This document shows positions 10,068 to 20,323 of a DNA stretch of 64,000 bases, piece by piece. The stretch is from Obrimoposthia wandeli. Its lineage: Eukaryota. Made by a program: the position numbers and the translations under genes. Position 1 is the first letter of the stretch. Each line of letters begins with the position of its first letter. The notes beneath the pieces were generated by a model. That model made no database searches. It saw only the letters and a program-made list of their open reading frames with translations, and was not told the origin of the DNA. The stretch spans positions 124,001-188,000 of the forward strand of contig CDROCS010001802.1 of NCBI GenBank assembly GCA_977020255.1. The letters are read 5' to 3'.

Positions 10068-10442
10068 TTAGCCAGTTAAGAACTTACTTAAATCTTCTCT
10101 AAAAATCATACAGGATAACCCGACCATAACAAAGAATACCATTAAATAGTCAGCGATAAGAATATTGGTATCTTTTAGATAAAAGAATTGGATTAATAAA
10201 GAAATGATTAAACTAAAAGCGTAAGTAGCAACAGTTAATACAACATAACTATATTTAAATGAACCTGCGCCAAAAAAATATGACATCATTGTGTTGGCAA
10301 TGATCCCAGTTGGAATTGTCATCAAACCAATTGTAAAAGCGACCGAAAGCGTCATTGCCTGATCACCAGATTTATTCATTGCAATTATATTAGGTACTTG
10401 AATACATATCATAGAAACGAGTAGAGCGAACCATATAGCCAT
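10068..10442 (-). CDS. Small multi-pass membrane protein
   Basis: 124 aa with about four hydrophobic segments. Confidence 0.7.
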   Translation of the reverse strand: MAIWFALLVSMICIQVPNIIAMNKSGDQAMTLSVAFTIGLMTIPTGIIANTMMSYFFGAGSFKYSYVVLTVATYAFSLIISLLIQFFYLKDTNILIADYLMVFFVMVGLSCMIFREDLSKFLTG

Positions 10443-10538
10443 TATTTTCCTTATTAAAATATTTTATTGAGTTAAGCTATAATTGTAACATAAGATAATG
10501 AAAATAGCTATTTTATGTTACAAAATGAATAAAAAACA

Positions 10539-11069
10539 TTATTTAATTTTGTTGATCATTAATTTTATTTGTTCTTTATAAACAGATTTTTCAGAATCAT
10601 TGATAATAAATTTTATCATTCTTTCTTTTTCTTTTGGATTACTTTTAATTATTAGATTTAAAATATTCATTTTATGAGTGAGTGCCGTTTTCTCAAAGGC
10701 TTCCATCTCGTCACCCCAAACTTCTGAATATGCATCCTTAGCCGCTTGTGATAGATAATATTCTTCAGTACCAAAAGCGAGTGATGAGAAACATCCAGCC
10801 GCAAGCTTATTAATAATTTCGTATACATCTTCATTTTCTGGATTATTTATGTTTTCATATGAATCCTTTGCAATCAATTTATAACTTTCCTTAAAAAGCA
10901 AATAAGATATATTTTGTTCATAATTAAAGTAATCAGAATAAAGGGAATAATCATTAATATTATGCTCAGATAAAACATCCATAACATTTTTAAATGCTTC
11001 ATTAACATCATTGTTTTCTTTATAGTCTTTGGCTATTTCTTTGATTTTATTTTGCACTACAATATTCAT
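10539..11069 (-). CDS. Hypothetical protein
   Basis: 176-aa ORF with RBS-like GGAG upstream. Confidence 0.7.
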   Translation of the reverse strand: MNIVVQNKIKEIAKDYKENNDVNEAFKNVMDVLSEHNINDYSLYSDYFNYEQNISYLLFKESYKLIAKDSYENINNPENEDVYEIINKLAAGCFSSLAFGTEEYYLSQAAKDAYSEVWGDEMEAFEKTALTHKMNILNLIIKSNPKEKERMIKFIINDSEKSVYKEQIKLMINKIK

Positions 11070-11173
11070 TTTTATCTCCGATTTTATAAGATAATAATAA
11101 CATTTTTCATAGAATAAATCAATTGAAATAAGTGCTTTAATTTGTTATAATAAAAGAAAAATAGGAGAATAAA

Positions 11174-12067
11174 ATGGGAACAAGACATTACGCTTGTGCT
11201 ATATCAAGAGCATCAATTTTAGAAGGTCAGAAAATCAGAGTCATTATCGGGAGTTCTTGTACTGGCAATGTTTTATTAACAGGTAAACAATATGCAGAAC
11301 TACAAACCTCTGGTGGTATATCTATCCCCGCAATGATTTCTGATTGTGGAGAACATATCGAATTAAATGAAGATTTAATGTCAGAAGAAAACTTTGATGT
11401 TTTTTCTGAAATCTATTTTAAGGATAAGGGTGTTTATGATATTTGCAGTCTTCTTGACCATATAGAAGAATCGTTTGATCGAGAAAAGACTAGAAATAAA
11501 ACTTATACAATTATCTTAGAAGATGTTTATAAATTATTATCTAAATCATTAAGCATCCGTGGTGAAGACGATCATTTTTCAGGTTTCACAAAATCAACAG
11601 ACGTTATAAAAGGGCTATTAAACGAAGTTTATGAAACGGAACTCTATAAATCAGAACAAAAAGAAATTGTAGAAATTAGAGAAGGTTTTATAGAACGATT
11701 TAATGCAGGAGAGTTGAGAGCTGGATCTGAAGAATATGATAATTTCGATGATTTTTTAGAAGATACATCATTTATGAGGAATATATTTATACCTAGATCT
11801 GTACTTTCATTTCTTGAAGATAGACTCGATGTAAGACGTTCTGGTTATCTAGAAGACATTATACTTAGAAGTAGATTTTTGCTAGATATGATACTTGAAG
11901 ATATTGCATTTCATCAAGGAATGGATTCTCAGAATATTATATTAACACCATTGTTATTAACTCAGTTATATCCAAATGAGGGTCAGGTAACATTTCATAA
12001 AGAGATTGCTGAAATATTAAGTAATCAAGTATTATTACAGAAGTTACAAGACGAAGGCGAAGAATAA
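11174..12067 (+). CDS. Hypothetical acidic protein
   Basis: 297-aa ORF with AGGAG RBS, followed by a terminator hairpin. Confidence 0.75.
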   Translation: MGTRHYACAISRASILEGQKIRVIIGSSCTGNVLLTGKQYAELQTSGGISIPAMISDCGEHIELNEDLMSEENFDVFSEIYFKDKGVYDICSLLDHIEESFDREKTRNKTYTIILEDVYKLLSKSLSIRGEDDHFSGFTKSTDVIKGLLNEVYETELYKSEQKEIVEIREGFIERFNAGELRAGSEEYDNFDDFLEDTSFMRNIFIPRSVLSFLEDRLDVRRSGYLEDIILRSRFLLDMILEDIAFHQGMDSQNIILTPLLLTQLYPNEGQVTFHKEIAEILSNQVLLQKLQDEGEE

Positions 12068-12072
12068 GAAAC

Positions 12073-12105
12073 AAAAAAGAGTATCAACGATTGATACTCT
12101 TTTTT
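12073..12105. terminator. Bidirectional intrinsic terminator
   Basis: aaaaaagagtatcaa-cga-ttgatactctttttt, a perfect hairpin between convergent genes. Confidence 0.85.
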
Positions 12106-12128
12106 AATTTAGGAATTTAATTAGAAAC

Positions 12129-12647
12129 TTAATATTCAGGCAAACGATGTTTAGGTACAGTCTTTCCATTGAAAGTATGAGTACAACAACGACAAGAAAC
12201 AGGAATGGTATCAACAGAACAGTTTTTGTTTACATATTGAATAAGATTATTTTCATCAACATAAAATTGACTAAAATAACTTGATTCACCACTACCAAAA
12301 TAACCTCTTTCACGCTCACTATCCGATAAGTCAGTCCATTCATCATTTGTTAGTACAACACCATCAAATGGGTCGTATCTGATATGTTCTGGTAGTCTTT
12401 GGGTTGCTTTAGAATGAACTTCACTCCAGTCTTTACCAACATTTTTACGTAAGAATCCATAAAGAGGGGTATAGTCAACTCCGTGAAACTGTTTACCGCC
12501 TTTCATTTTGGATTTCTCTTTGTCACTTTCTTTTGTACCACGTTTATAACTATCATAATTTCCGTGATGTTTTTTGCCACCATGACAAGTCGTATTTATT
12601 TTTCGCCATAATGGTTTTTCTTTAAACTCTTTTCGATTATCTCTCAT
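12129..12647 (-). CDS. Hypothetical basic protein
   Basis: 172-aa ORF; K/R-rich N-terminus, C-terminal CRCC. Confidence 0.7.
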   Translation of the reverse strand: MRDNRKEFKEKPLWRKINTTCHGGKKHHGNYDSYKRGTKESDKEKSKMKGGKQFHGVDYTPLYGFLRKNVGKDWSEVHSKATQRLPEHIRYDPFDGVVLTNDEWTDLSDSERERGYFGSGESSYFSQFYVDENNLIQYVNKNCSVDTIPVSCRCCTHTFNGKTVPKHRLPEY

Positions 12648-12666
12648 TTTTTAGCCCTTTTATATA

Positions 12667-13209
12667 TTATTGGTTGTCGATTGTTAATTCAAGAAAGTTT
12701 TGTTCCATTTCTTTTTCAACAAATGTTTCAAGTATATCTAGGTTAGTTAATTTTTTAGTTGATGTATTAATCCGAACTTCATTAAGTATTTCTAAAACTA
12801 GTTCTTGACTAATTTCTTCAAGTCGTTCATCTTCTTTAAGAACAAAAAGTTCTCTTGCATAAGTTTCATAATAATCTGAAACCACCATTTTGTTTTTTAT
12901 AATATTATTTAATTCATCTCTCGATTTATCGTGTAATTTGATTGCTCTTTCTTGTTTTTTAAAAAACTTAAAATGAAAATTAATAACAGTAAAAATTAAA
13001 GCAATAAAAACAAATACAGAAATAAAAGTTAAAAGACTAGTATAAAGAAACATAAACATAATTTCTAAAACAATTAAAGAAACAAAGGTCGAAATCATCA
13101 TAACTTCAATAGGGTGTGATGTTTTAGCTCTAAGATATTCTAATATAGGAACTCTTTTACTGAGAGTATCAAATCTGATTTTTTGTTTGTTCTTTTTTAG
13201 TATGATCAT
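12667..13209 (-). CDS. Membrane protein, paralog of 13275-13808
   Basis: Two TM segments; YARELFVLKEDERLEEI aligns with YMELFELKKENRLDEV. Confidence 0.75.
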   Translation of the reverse strand: MIILKKNKQKIRFDTLSKRVPILEYLRAKTSHPIEVMMISTFVSLIVLEIMFMFLYTSLLTFISVFVFIALIFTVINFHFKFFKKQERAIKLHDKSRDELNNIIKNKMVVSDYYETYARELFVLKEDERLEEISQELVLEILNEVRINTSTKKLTNLDILETFVEKEMEQNFLELTIDNQ

Positions 13210-13274
13210 TTTATAAACCTTTAATTTTAATAATAATGCTGATTATAACATATCTCTATTGTTATCTCAATCAA

Positions 13275-13808
13275 TTAATCATTAAAGATTGATATTTCAA
13301 TCTCTTGAGAAAGTTCCATATCTACAAATAAATTTAGTTTATCTTCTTTTGTTGGTGTTCTGGTTTCCTTGGTTTCTCTATATGTATTAAGGATTTCATC
13401 AATTATCACTTCAGGTACTTCATCTAATCTATTTTCTTTTTTTAATTCAAAGAGTTCCATATAACATATTTCAAAATCACTTGAAATATAAATGCGATTT
13501 TTATTAAGTTCTTCAATTTTTTCATTATTTTTGATATGTATTTTGTTTGCTTGAACAAATTTATCAATTATAGGTACTTTAATAGGTGCTTTATAAGCGA
13601 TAAAAATAATACCTCCGAATACTATGATTACCCACCAAGAAATACAGAGTGATAAAAAGATACCAAAAACAGCCCCGAAACCAAAAATGTAACAAAGTAT
13701 TGTATCAGTTTTTCTAGAGATGATACGCACTTTATCATCTATAATTGAAGATCTGCGATAAAGTTCTTTAAGTCTTTTATCTTGTTGTACTTTTTTTAAA
13801 ATAAGCAT
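13275..13808 (-). CDS. Membrane protein, paralog of 12667-13209
   Basis: Same architecture: M(I/L)ILKK start, TM hairpin, shared C-terminal block. Confidence 0.75.
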   Translation of the reverse strand: MLILKKVQQDKRLKELYRRSSIIDDKVRIISRKTDTILCYIFGFGAVFGIFLSLCISWWVIIVFGGIIFIAYKAPIKVPIIDKFVQANKIHIKNNEKIEELNKNRIYISSDFEICYMELFELKKENRLDEVPEVIIDEILNTYRETKETRTPTKEDKLNLFVDMELSQEIEISIFND

Positions 13809-13817
13809 TTGTTATAT

Positions 13818-14390
13818 TTAAAGCTCTAATTTCTTGTAGAGACCAACTCTAATGCAACTAACATCATTTTTTTCACTTATTTTAATTCTATTATAAGAAA
13901 TTATAACAATATTTTCATCGTCATTAAAATCATTAATTATGTTTTGTAATGCTAAATGTTGTCTCGAATATGGTTTATTAATTTTCAACTCTGTATTTTC
14001 AATAAACTTATTTTCTTTCTGATCCCTTTTGTCCTCTCCATCTAATGTTTTAATATTATGATCTGTAAAGTCCTTAATTGATATACATTCATATTCTTTA
14101 TTTATTGTACTATCAGGTATTATTTTAAAATCAGTCCAAGCTAAAGAATTGTGTCCTGATTCGTTTTCAATAACAACCCATTTGTCGCCAATAGTATTTA
14201 ACCCCATATCGGAGACTTGACTTCGTAGCTGTGTTTTTTCTTGTATAAGATCGTCAATGTCAGATAAAGAATTATCAGTTAAATCTTCAACAATCATACT
14301 TGCCACACATTTTAAACCAATATTTGTTAAGCTTTTTCTTGTATTCATAATGATAACCTCATTTAATTTATATGGTTCTAATAGTATCAT
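13818..14390 (-). CDS. Hypothetical protein
   Basis: 190-aa ORF; the true start may be the second Met (MNTRKS). Confidence 0.65.
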   Translation of the reverse strand: MILLEPYKLNEVIIMNTRKSLTNIGLKCVASMIVEDLTDNSLSDIDDLIQEKTQLRSQVSDMGLNTIGDKWVVIENESGHNSLAWTDFKIIPDSTINKEYECISIKDFTDHNIKTLDGEDKRDQKENKFIENTELKINKPYSRQHLALQNIINDFNDDENIVIISYNRIKISEKNDVSCIRVGLYKKLEL

Positions 14391-14499
14391 ATTACATCTT
14401 TGATTTCAATAAATATAAAAGCAATTTAGACTTGAAAAAACCTTAGTTTTATAGTATAATATCCTACAATTAGCATTAATAAATTACTAAGGGTTTAAA

Positions 14500-15786
14500 A
14501 TGTTTTCTTTTAGAAAAGTTAAAAATATAGTATTTTCCCATATCAAAGGTTCAAACTTTGAACTTGTTGGTGATGATTCAAACATAAAAAAAGATACTGA
14601 TTTAAATGCTTTTTTTAATTTGAGACAGTCTGGTGATACCCTTACTATTACAAGTAAATCGGATGAAGAGTTAAAACAAGCGGGATATAATGCTGAAGGT
14701 AATTCCCCTCTTTTAGTCGGAAAATTCAAGAGCGAAAAAAAGATAAATACTTTTTTCAATATAAATCAGAAAAACATTGAATCAATTACATTTCAAAATT
14801 GTAATCTACAAATTAGATCAAGTGGTAAAGATTTATATTCACCGAAAATTATTACAAAAAAATCAACACTTAATATTAAACGTTATTTTAAAGATGAATT
14901 AAATCTTGAATTGTCTGAATCAAAAGTTTATATGACCAATTCTTTATTTGTTAAAAGACTTTACTTAAACGCTTCTAAAGGTTCTAGAGTTCTTGTTGAC
15001 GAGGCTTTTATTGTAGATGCCTATATTTATGTCGATAGCTGTCAATTACACGGATGCTCAAATGTTAGATTCTATCGTGGAGCTTTTTGTAACAACGCAA
15101 CAATTGGATTAAGCTATAGTGCAAAACTGTTAATAAACGTAATTCAAAAGTTAACATATTGTATGTATAAACAAAACTCATTAATTTTAAATGGAGAACC
15201 AGATGTAAACAATTACGCAAATTTCCAAATTGGTGGAATAACTAGCTCATTACATTCTGTTTATCCAAGTTCAGCCCCAGTAAGGGGTAAAGGTCAGTCT
15301 CAAGATTTTAATCAAATAAATGTAAGAGATTTATCAGATGAAGAAATCGAATCAGCTTATGTGTTTTCGATATTAAAACAGGAAATCAGATATCCAGTAA
15401 GCCTAGATGTTCATTTTAAAGAAATGAATGAATTAAGAGACGCTTTTAAAGAAGAAAAGAAACTGTTGGCAAAAGAAAAAGAACAAGATCCCAACATTGA
15501 AATAGACCCTAAAATAATGAAAATATTAGAAAAAATAGCAAAAGAAGAACTTGAAGAAGAATTGAAAAATGAGAAAGAAATTGATTCGGAATTATTTATA
15601 TTAGATCTGTTAGGATCTGAAAATCCCACAGATGTAATAGATTCAGAAAATAGAGAATATGTAATTGAATCTATGAAATACATAATGGATAAGAAAGTAA
15701 AACTAACAGAAAAACAACTTAAAAATAAAGATAAACTTTGTCAATTATTTGATATTAAGTATTATGGAAAATCTGTTATTTTTTAA
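14500..15786 (+). CDS. Paralog family A member 1 (possible DUF2807/GIN-like beta-helix plus conserved helical C-terminal domain)
   Basis: Periodic I/L-x-I/L-x-x-S strands; C-terminus LGSENPTDVIDSENR...NKDKLCQLFDIKYYGKSVIF shared with three other ORFs. Confidence 0.7.
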   Translation: MFSFRKVKNIVFSHIKGSNFELVGDDSNIKKDTDLNAFFNLRQSGDTLTITSKSDEELKQAGYNAEGNSPLLVGKFKSEKKINTFFNINQKNIESITFQNCNLQIRSSGKDLYSPKIITKKSTLNIKRYFKDELNLELSESKVYMTNSLFVKRLYLNASKGSRVLVDEAFIVDAYIYVDSCQLHGCSNVRFYRGAFCNNATIGLSYSAKLLINVIQKLTYCMYKQNSLILNGEPDVNNYANFQIGGITSSLHSVYPSSAPVRGKGQSQDFNQINVRDLSDEEIESAYVFSILKQEIRYPVSLDVHFKEMNELRDAFKEEKKLLAKEKEQDPNIEIDPKIMKILEKIAKEELEEELKNEKEIDSELFILDLLGSENPTDVIDSENREYVIESMKYIMDKKVKLTEKQLKNKDKLCQLFDIKYYGKSVIF

Positions 15787-15810
15787 AAACAAACAATAAA
15801 TAGGTGACAA

Positions 15811-17127
15811 ATGATTTCATTTAGAAGAATAAAACATATAACATTTGAGAATGTTTGGAATGAACATATTAAGTTCGTTGATAAAAAATCAAACATTAAA
15901 GACAATGATGTGTTAAAAAATAATTTCACTATTTCTCAAAAGGGAAATAGATTGTTTATTTGTCAAAATAGAAGGACGAATAAAGAAACCTTAGATTTAA
16001 ATATAAGAGGGATAAAGAGTATACATCTTAATAACTCAACTTTATATATTGATGAAATTACAGAAGATAAGGAATCACCGCCACTTACTTTACTTAATTC
16101 AAAATTGTTTGTAGAAAAACTTTTTCAAAAAGCACTAAACTTTAAGTTAAATAAATCTACAATAATAATCGAAGAAATATTCTCTTATGATTTTGATGTT
16201 TCAATAAGTAAAAGTTCAGAACTTAGAGTGAAAAACGGGTTTATTAAAAACGTATTCATTGAAATGGATAACAAAGAATTAATAAATTCTTCTACTGTTG
16301 TTTTTGGTAGAGAATCTTTCGTGCAAAAGGCAGAATTATTATTAGGAGAATACGAAAAAGTTAAAATAAATGTTATGGATGAGCTTAAATATAGTATGAG
16401 TGTAAATAACTCTTTAATTCTTGCAGGTGATCCAGAAATCATTAATTTAGGGGATTCGAAAAACTCAAAAGTTAATATAAAAAAAGCAAGAGATGTTAAA
16501 TTTGGATATGATAAAGCAAACATAAAAAAAATGACTGCTTTTCATATAAATAAGTCATTTAATATTTCTGTTGCAACAAGGGTTTTAAATTATCCATTAT
16601 TATTGAAATACAATATTGATGATAATGCAAAAAATAAACGAAATTATTCTGAAAAAAGGAAGAATGAGCATATTGAGGCAAATAAACGTGAGAAACTATC
16701 ATTAGAAAAAGAGAAATTATTTCTTAAAGAAGTAAATAAATCTAAAATTAAGATGATGGAAATAGAACAACTTGCTAAAGAAAGAAAGATGAAAATATCG
16801 GAAGAAAGAAAGAGTATTATGGACAAAGCAATGAAATCTGAGTTTGATTTAAAAGATGCTGAATATAAAATGAAGATCGAAAGAGAAAAATATAAATCAT
16901 CAATTATAAACGACAACCAAAAAGACTATGGTTTAAAATTACTAGATTTACTTAAAATGGATTCACCGACTGATGATATAACGTCCAATAATAGAGCTTA
17001 TTATATTACAGCGATAGAAGATTCATTTAAAAATAAAGTAACATTAAACTCAGTTCAAAAAGAGAACAGAAAGCGTTTGTGTCAGTTGTTTAGAATTAAA
17101 TATGATAAACCATCAGTTATATTTTAA
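15811..17127 (+). CDS. Paralog family A member 2
   Basis: MISFRRIKHITF start; C-terminus MDSPTDDITSNNR...NRKRLCQLFRIKYDKPSVIF. Confidence 0.7.
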   Translation: MISFRRIKHITFENVWNEHIKFVDKKSNIKDNDVLKNNFTISQKGNRLFICQNRRTNKETLDLNIRGIKSIHLNNSTLYIDEITEDKESPPLTLLNSKLFVEKLFQKALNFKLNKSTIIIEEIFSYDFDVSISKSSELRVKNGFIKNVFIEMDNKELINSSTVVFGRESFVQKAELLLGEYEKVKINVMDELKYSMSVNNSLILAGDPEIINLGDSKNSKVNIKKARDVKFGYDKANIKKMTAFHINKSFNISVATRVLNYPLLLKYNIDDNAKNKRNYSEKRKNEHIEANKREKLSLEKEKLFLKEVNKSKIKMMEIEQLAKERKMKISEERKSIMDKAMKSEFDLKDAEYKMKIEREKYKSSIINDNQKDYGLKLLDLLKMDSPTDDITSNNRAYYITAIEDSFKNKVTLNSVQKENRKRLCQLFRIKYDKPSVIF

Positions 17128-17256
17128 ACTTAAAATATTCCTAAAAGAAGACTATAATTATTTAAGACATTTTAAATTCTGAATATTATAGTCTTTTGAC
17201 TTCCTAATTATTATATGTTTAAATATTATTATAATATGATAGGAACGTAACATAAA

Positions 17257-17826
17257 ATGAAAAAATATTTAACAATAATAATCTTAAGCCTTTCAAGTCT
17301 TTCAATGGCTGATACATATCAAGTGGTGATAAATAAATCGAACTATACTGTTTCTGATAACATTATTGATGACGGGGATAAAGAATATAATACTTTACTA
17401 GATGAATTTCTTGCTGTAAGTACAAACGCACAATATATTTATGGTTCTAGCATAGAGGAAACAGTATTTAAGCCAGATAGCTATATGCAAGTTAGATATA
17501 CTAATACATTGAATATATCCATAAAATTAAAAGAAGAAAAGATTGTTAAAGGAATTAGACTTTACCATGACGATGCTTTTATGCCATATCGTAAAAAAGC
17601 AACTATTTTTAGTGCTTATTCACAATCGACCCATTCAGGAAATTTAATACCTAGTAGTGGATGGAATCTTCATGAAACAATTAACATTCCTGTATTAGAA
17701 AGCCTTAAATATAAAGATTTTATGTTTTCAACTCCTATGGAAAAAACAAATGCATTTCATTTTTCATTTTATGGATCTTCTGAAAATGGTTATCAAGGGT
17801 TGCAATATATACAATTTTTATATTAA
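17257..17826 (+). CDS. Secreted protein, possibly a discoidin/galactose-binding-like beta-sandwich
   Basis: Signal peptide MKKYLTIIILSLSSLSMA; ISIKLKEEKIVKGIRLY resembles an F5/8-type strand (weak). Confidence 0.6.
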   Translation: MKKYLTIIILSLSSLSMADTYQVVINKSNYTVSDNIIDDGDKEYNTLLDEFLAVSTNAQYIYGSSIEETVFKPDSYMQVRYTNTLNISIKLKEEKIVKGIRLYHDDAFMPYRKKATIFSAYSQSTHSGNLIPSSGWNLHETINIPVLESLKYKDFMFSTPMEKTNAFHFSFYGSSENGYQGLQYIQFLY

Positions 17827-18089
17827 TTTTTATAAAAATGAACGTTTCTAATGAAGAATAAAAAAAGAGACCAACGTTCTGTGAGTCTCTTAAAAATTAA
17901 TTGCTTTTTTGTTGTTAGTCGATGCCTAACTGAACGATATTCACCATTATAGTAGACCTCGTTCTAAGGTACTGCTCGAACCCATAAGTTTTCACTTATA
18001 TCTTCTTTAAAGACCATAGGGTACATGTACGGTCTATTTAAATTATATATATTTAATTTGTGATGTCAATTTATTTTAATTGACCATAT

Positions 18090-19037
18090 TTAACAGTTAA
18101 CTAAACGAGTGAGGTAATCTTCATTTCGAGCATTTAACCCAGTAAGGTAGTGAATAGCATCTTCTTTATTTAAAAATGCTTTATAGTTATCAGATGTTTG
18201 AATTTTGTTCCCTTCATAAGGTCTGGGATTTTTATTGATGAACAATCCGTACTTATTATTTTCTAATTTTAATTCAACTTGAATTGTAAGTTCTGTATTT
18301 CGTGTAGAACAGAAGTTATAAACCAGATTATAATTATTTTTACAAATTACATTTTCACTGTTATATTCACGGTTTTCAAGAAAGGTATCTTTTAATTTAA
18401 ATTCACACATTTCAAATACACCTTGAAAATCTTGATTAAATAAAACAACGTGTAAAACAAAATTATCATCAATTGGGTTATCTTGAAGTGTAATATCACT
18501 TTTTTCAAGAATGAAATGATCACGGAGTTTAGGATTATTTGAGTGAACAGCTTCAACTAGTTCCTTATGATTTGATAATAAATCTATCATCCCTGTCAAA
18601 TTATCTCTAATCTTATTAAACTCTGCTTCCGATAGGTAGCTATTACCTCTTATTTTGTTAATCATAGAGGCAGTTTTTGGGTATTTTTGATAATTTTGAA
18701 GTTCATATTTAAGATCAATGAACATCGTTTTAAAACGTTCATTGATACATGAATTAAGATATAAATGCCACTTATCATTAAACATCGAACGAGTATGTTG
18801 ATCTCCAGTGCCTCGTTCCCAAAAACTACGACCATTTAACCACTTAGTCGTCACGCCTGTTTTTATCGTATCTTTAAATAACAATTCAACTAATTCTCTC
18901 AGTTCCAAGTTCTTAAAAGATTCAATCGTCCATTCTTCAGTCCGATTAAACATATAATAAATAACTAGGTCTGATGATTCTCTTAATTCGTGAAGACTCA
19001 ATGAATGATCTTGATAATTGATTTTTTTAAGTAACAT
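18090..19037 (-). CDS. Hypothetical protein, paralog family B
   Basis: C-terminal AFLNKEDAIHYL motif shared with 30011-30985 and 61203-62030. Confidence 0.7.
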   Translation of the reverse strand: MLLKKINYQDHSLSLHELRESSDLVIYYMFNRTEEWTIESFKNLELRELVELLFKDTIKTGVTTKWLNGRSFWERGTGDQHTRSMFNDKWHLYLNSCINERFKTMFIDLKYELQNYQKYPKTASMINKIRGNSYLSEAEFNKIRDNLTGMIDLLSNHKELVEAVHSNNPKLRDHFILEKSDITLQDNPIDDNFVLHVVLFNQDFQGVFEMCEFKLKDTFLENREYNSENVICKNNYNLVYNFCSTRNTELTIQVELKLENNKYGLFINKNPRPYEGNKIQTSDNYKAFLNKEDAIHYLTGLNARNEDYLTRLVNC

Positions 19038-19112
19038 GTAATTTCTCAGTTTAGTTTTAAGTTAGATAAATTATATCAAAAAATACATATAAACTCAAGT
19101 TAAATAGAGATA

Positions 19113-20075
19113 TTAATAAAGTTTTTTGTTATTTTTAGCTGAAATATTCCATTTATTTATATTTCTATCAAAAAGAGAATATTTAAACATTCTATCAAAT
19201 TGAGTGCCGCTTGATACATTCCACAAACTTATATCTTTATTAAAAATAGATCTTTCAAACATTCCTCCAAAATTAAGACCTTTTGATACATTCCATTCGG
19301 AAACATCCTGATTGAATCTGCTTTTTCTGAACATATAACTAAAATTAATACCTTTCGATACGTCCCATTTACTTATATCTTTATCAAAAATAGTATTATC
19401 GAACATCCCCATAAAATTAATTCCACTGGAAACATTCCATTGTCCAATATTTTTATTAAAATAAGAGGAACTAAACATTAAACTAAATTGTTCACCTTTT
19501 GATACATTCCAATGCCCAAGATCTTGATTAAACTTTGATTCGCTAAACATATAACTAAAATTAGTAACATTTAAAACTTTCCAATTATTTATTTCTTGAT
19601 TAAAATCTGATTTAGCAAACATACTAGAGAGATTACTGGCAGAATATGGATTCCATTTACTTATATCTTGATTGAATTTTGTTAATTCAAACATTCGAGA
19701 AAAGTTTTCTCCTTTTGAAACATTCCAATCACCAATATATTGATTAAACTTACTATTGGCAAACATTGATTCAAAATTAATTCCTTTTGATACATCCCAT
19801 TTATTAATAGTATAATTAAATGAAGATTTACTAAACATATAAGAAAAATTAGTGCCGTTAGAGACATCCCAATTACTGATATCCTGCTTGAAAGACTTAT
19901 TGTTATAGAAGAGTTTGCTAAAATCAGTAATACAGCTAGTGTTTACTTTTGTGACATTTTTTCCGCTATGGACCATCTTTTTAAGCTGTTCTTTCGGATA
20001 GCATTTTTTAGTGTCGGCTTGTGCATTTGAAAATACAGAAGCAAGTATTATAGCTAATATTATTTTTTTCATCAA
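19113..20075 (-). CDS. BspA/DUF285-type leucine-rich repeat surface protein
   Basis: Signal peptide plus about 11 tandem 22-aa repeats FNQDISxWDVSxGxNFSxMF. Confidence 0.9.
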   Translation of the reverse strand: MMKKIILAIILASVFSNAQADTKKCYPKEQLKKMVHSGKNVTKVNTSCITDFSKLFYNNKSFKQDISNWDVSNGTNFSYMFSKSSFNYTINKWDVSKGINFESMFANSKFNQYIGDWNVSKGENFSRMFELTKFNQDISKWNPYSASNLSSMFAKSDFNQEINNWKVLNVTNFSYMFSESKFNQDLGHWNVSKGEQFSLMFSSSYFNKNIGQWNVSSGINFMGMFDNTIFDKDISKWDVSKGINFSYMFRKSRFNQDVSEWNVSKGLNFGGMFERSIFNKDISLWNVSSGTQFDRMFKYSLFDRNINKWNISAKNNKKLY

Positions 20076-20323
20076 ATCTTCCTAAGTGTTTTGTTTTGTT
20101 AATCTATTTAAACATTTAAAAGAAGAAGATCAATGACTTTATTTAATAATTAAAAGAGAAATTAAAAAATAAAATTAGATAAAAATATAATTATTACGAA
20201 CAAAGCGCTGTATTTTATGAAGATAAAGGGGAATTTTTTTTGATTTATTTAAGAAGATAATTAAATATTTATATTTTTAGTATAAAAAAGGATGCTATGA
20301 CTAAGCACCGTTTTATTTTAATA

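Noticed and set aside
17823-18026. Minus-strand frame MYPMVFKEDISENLWVRAVP-TAG-NEVYYNGEY..., suggesting TAG recoding
   Set aside because: TAG terminates several clear genes here (for example 31302, 41034, 45155), and the read-through part runs across a terminator hairpin. More likely a tiny ORF or a remnant.
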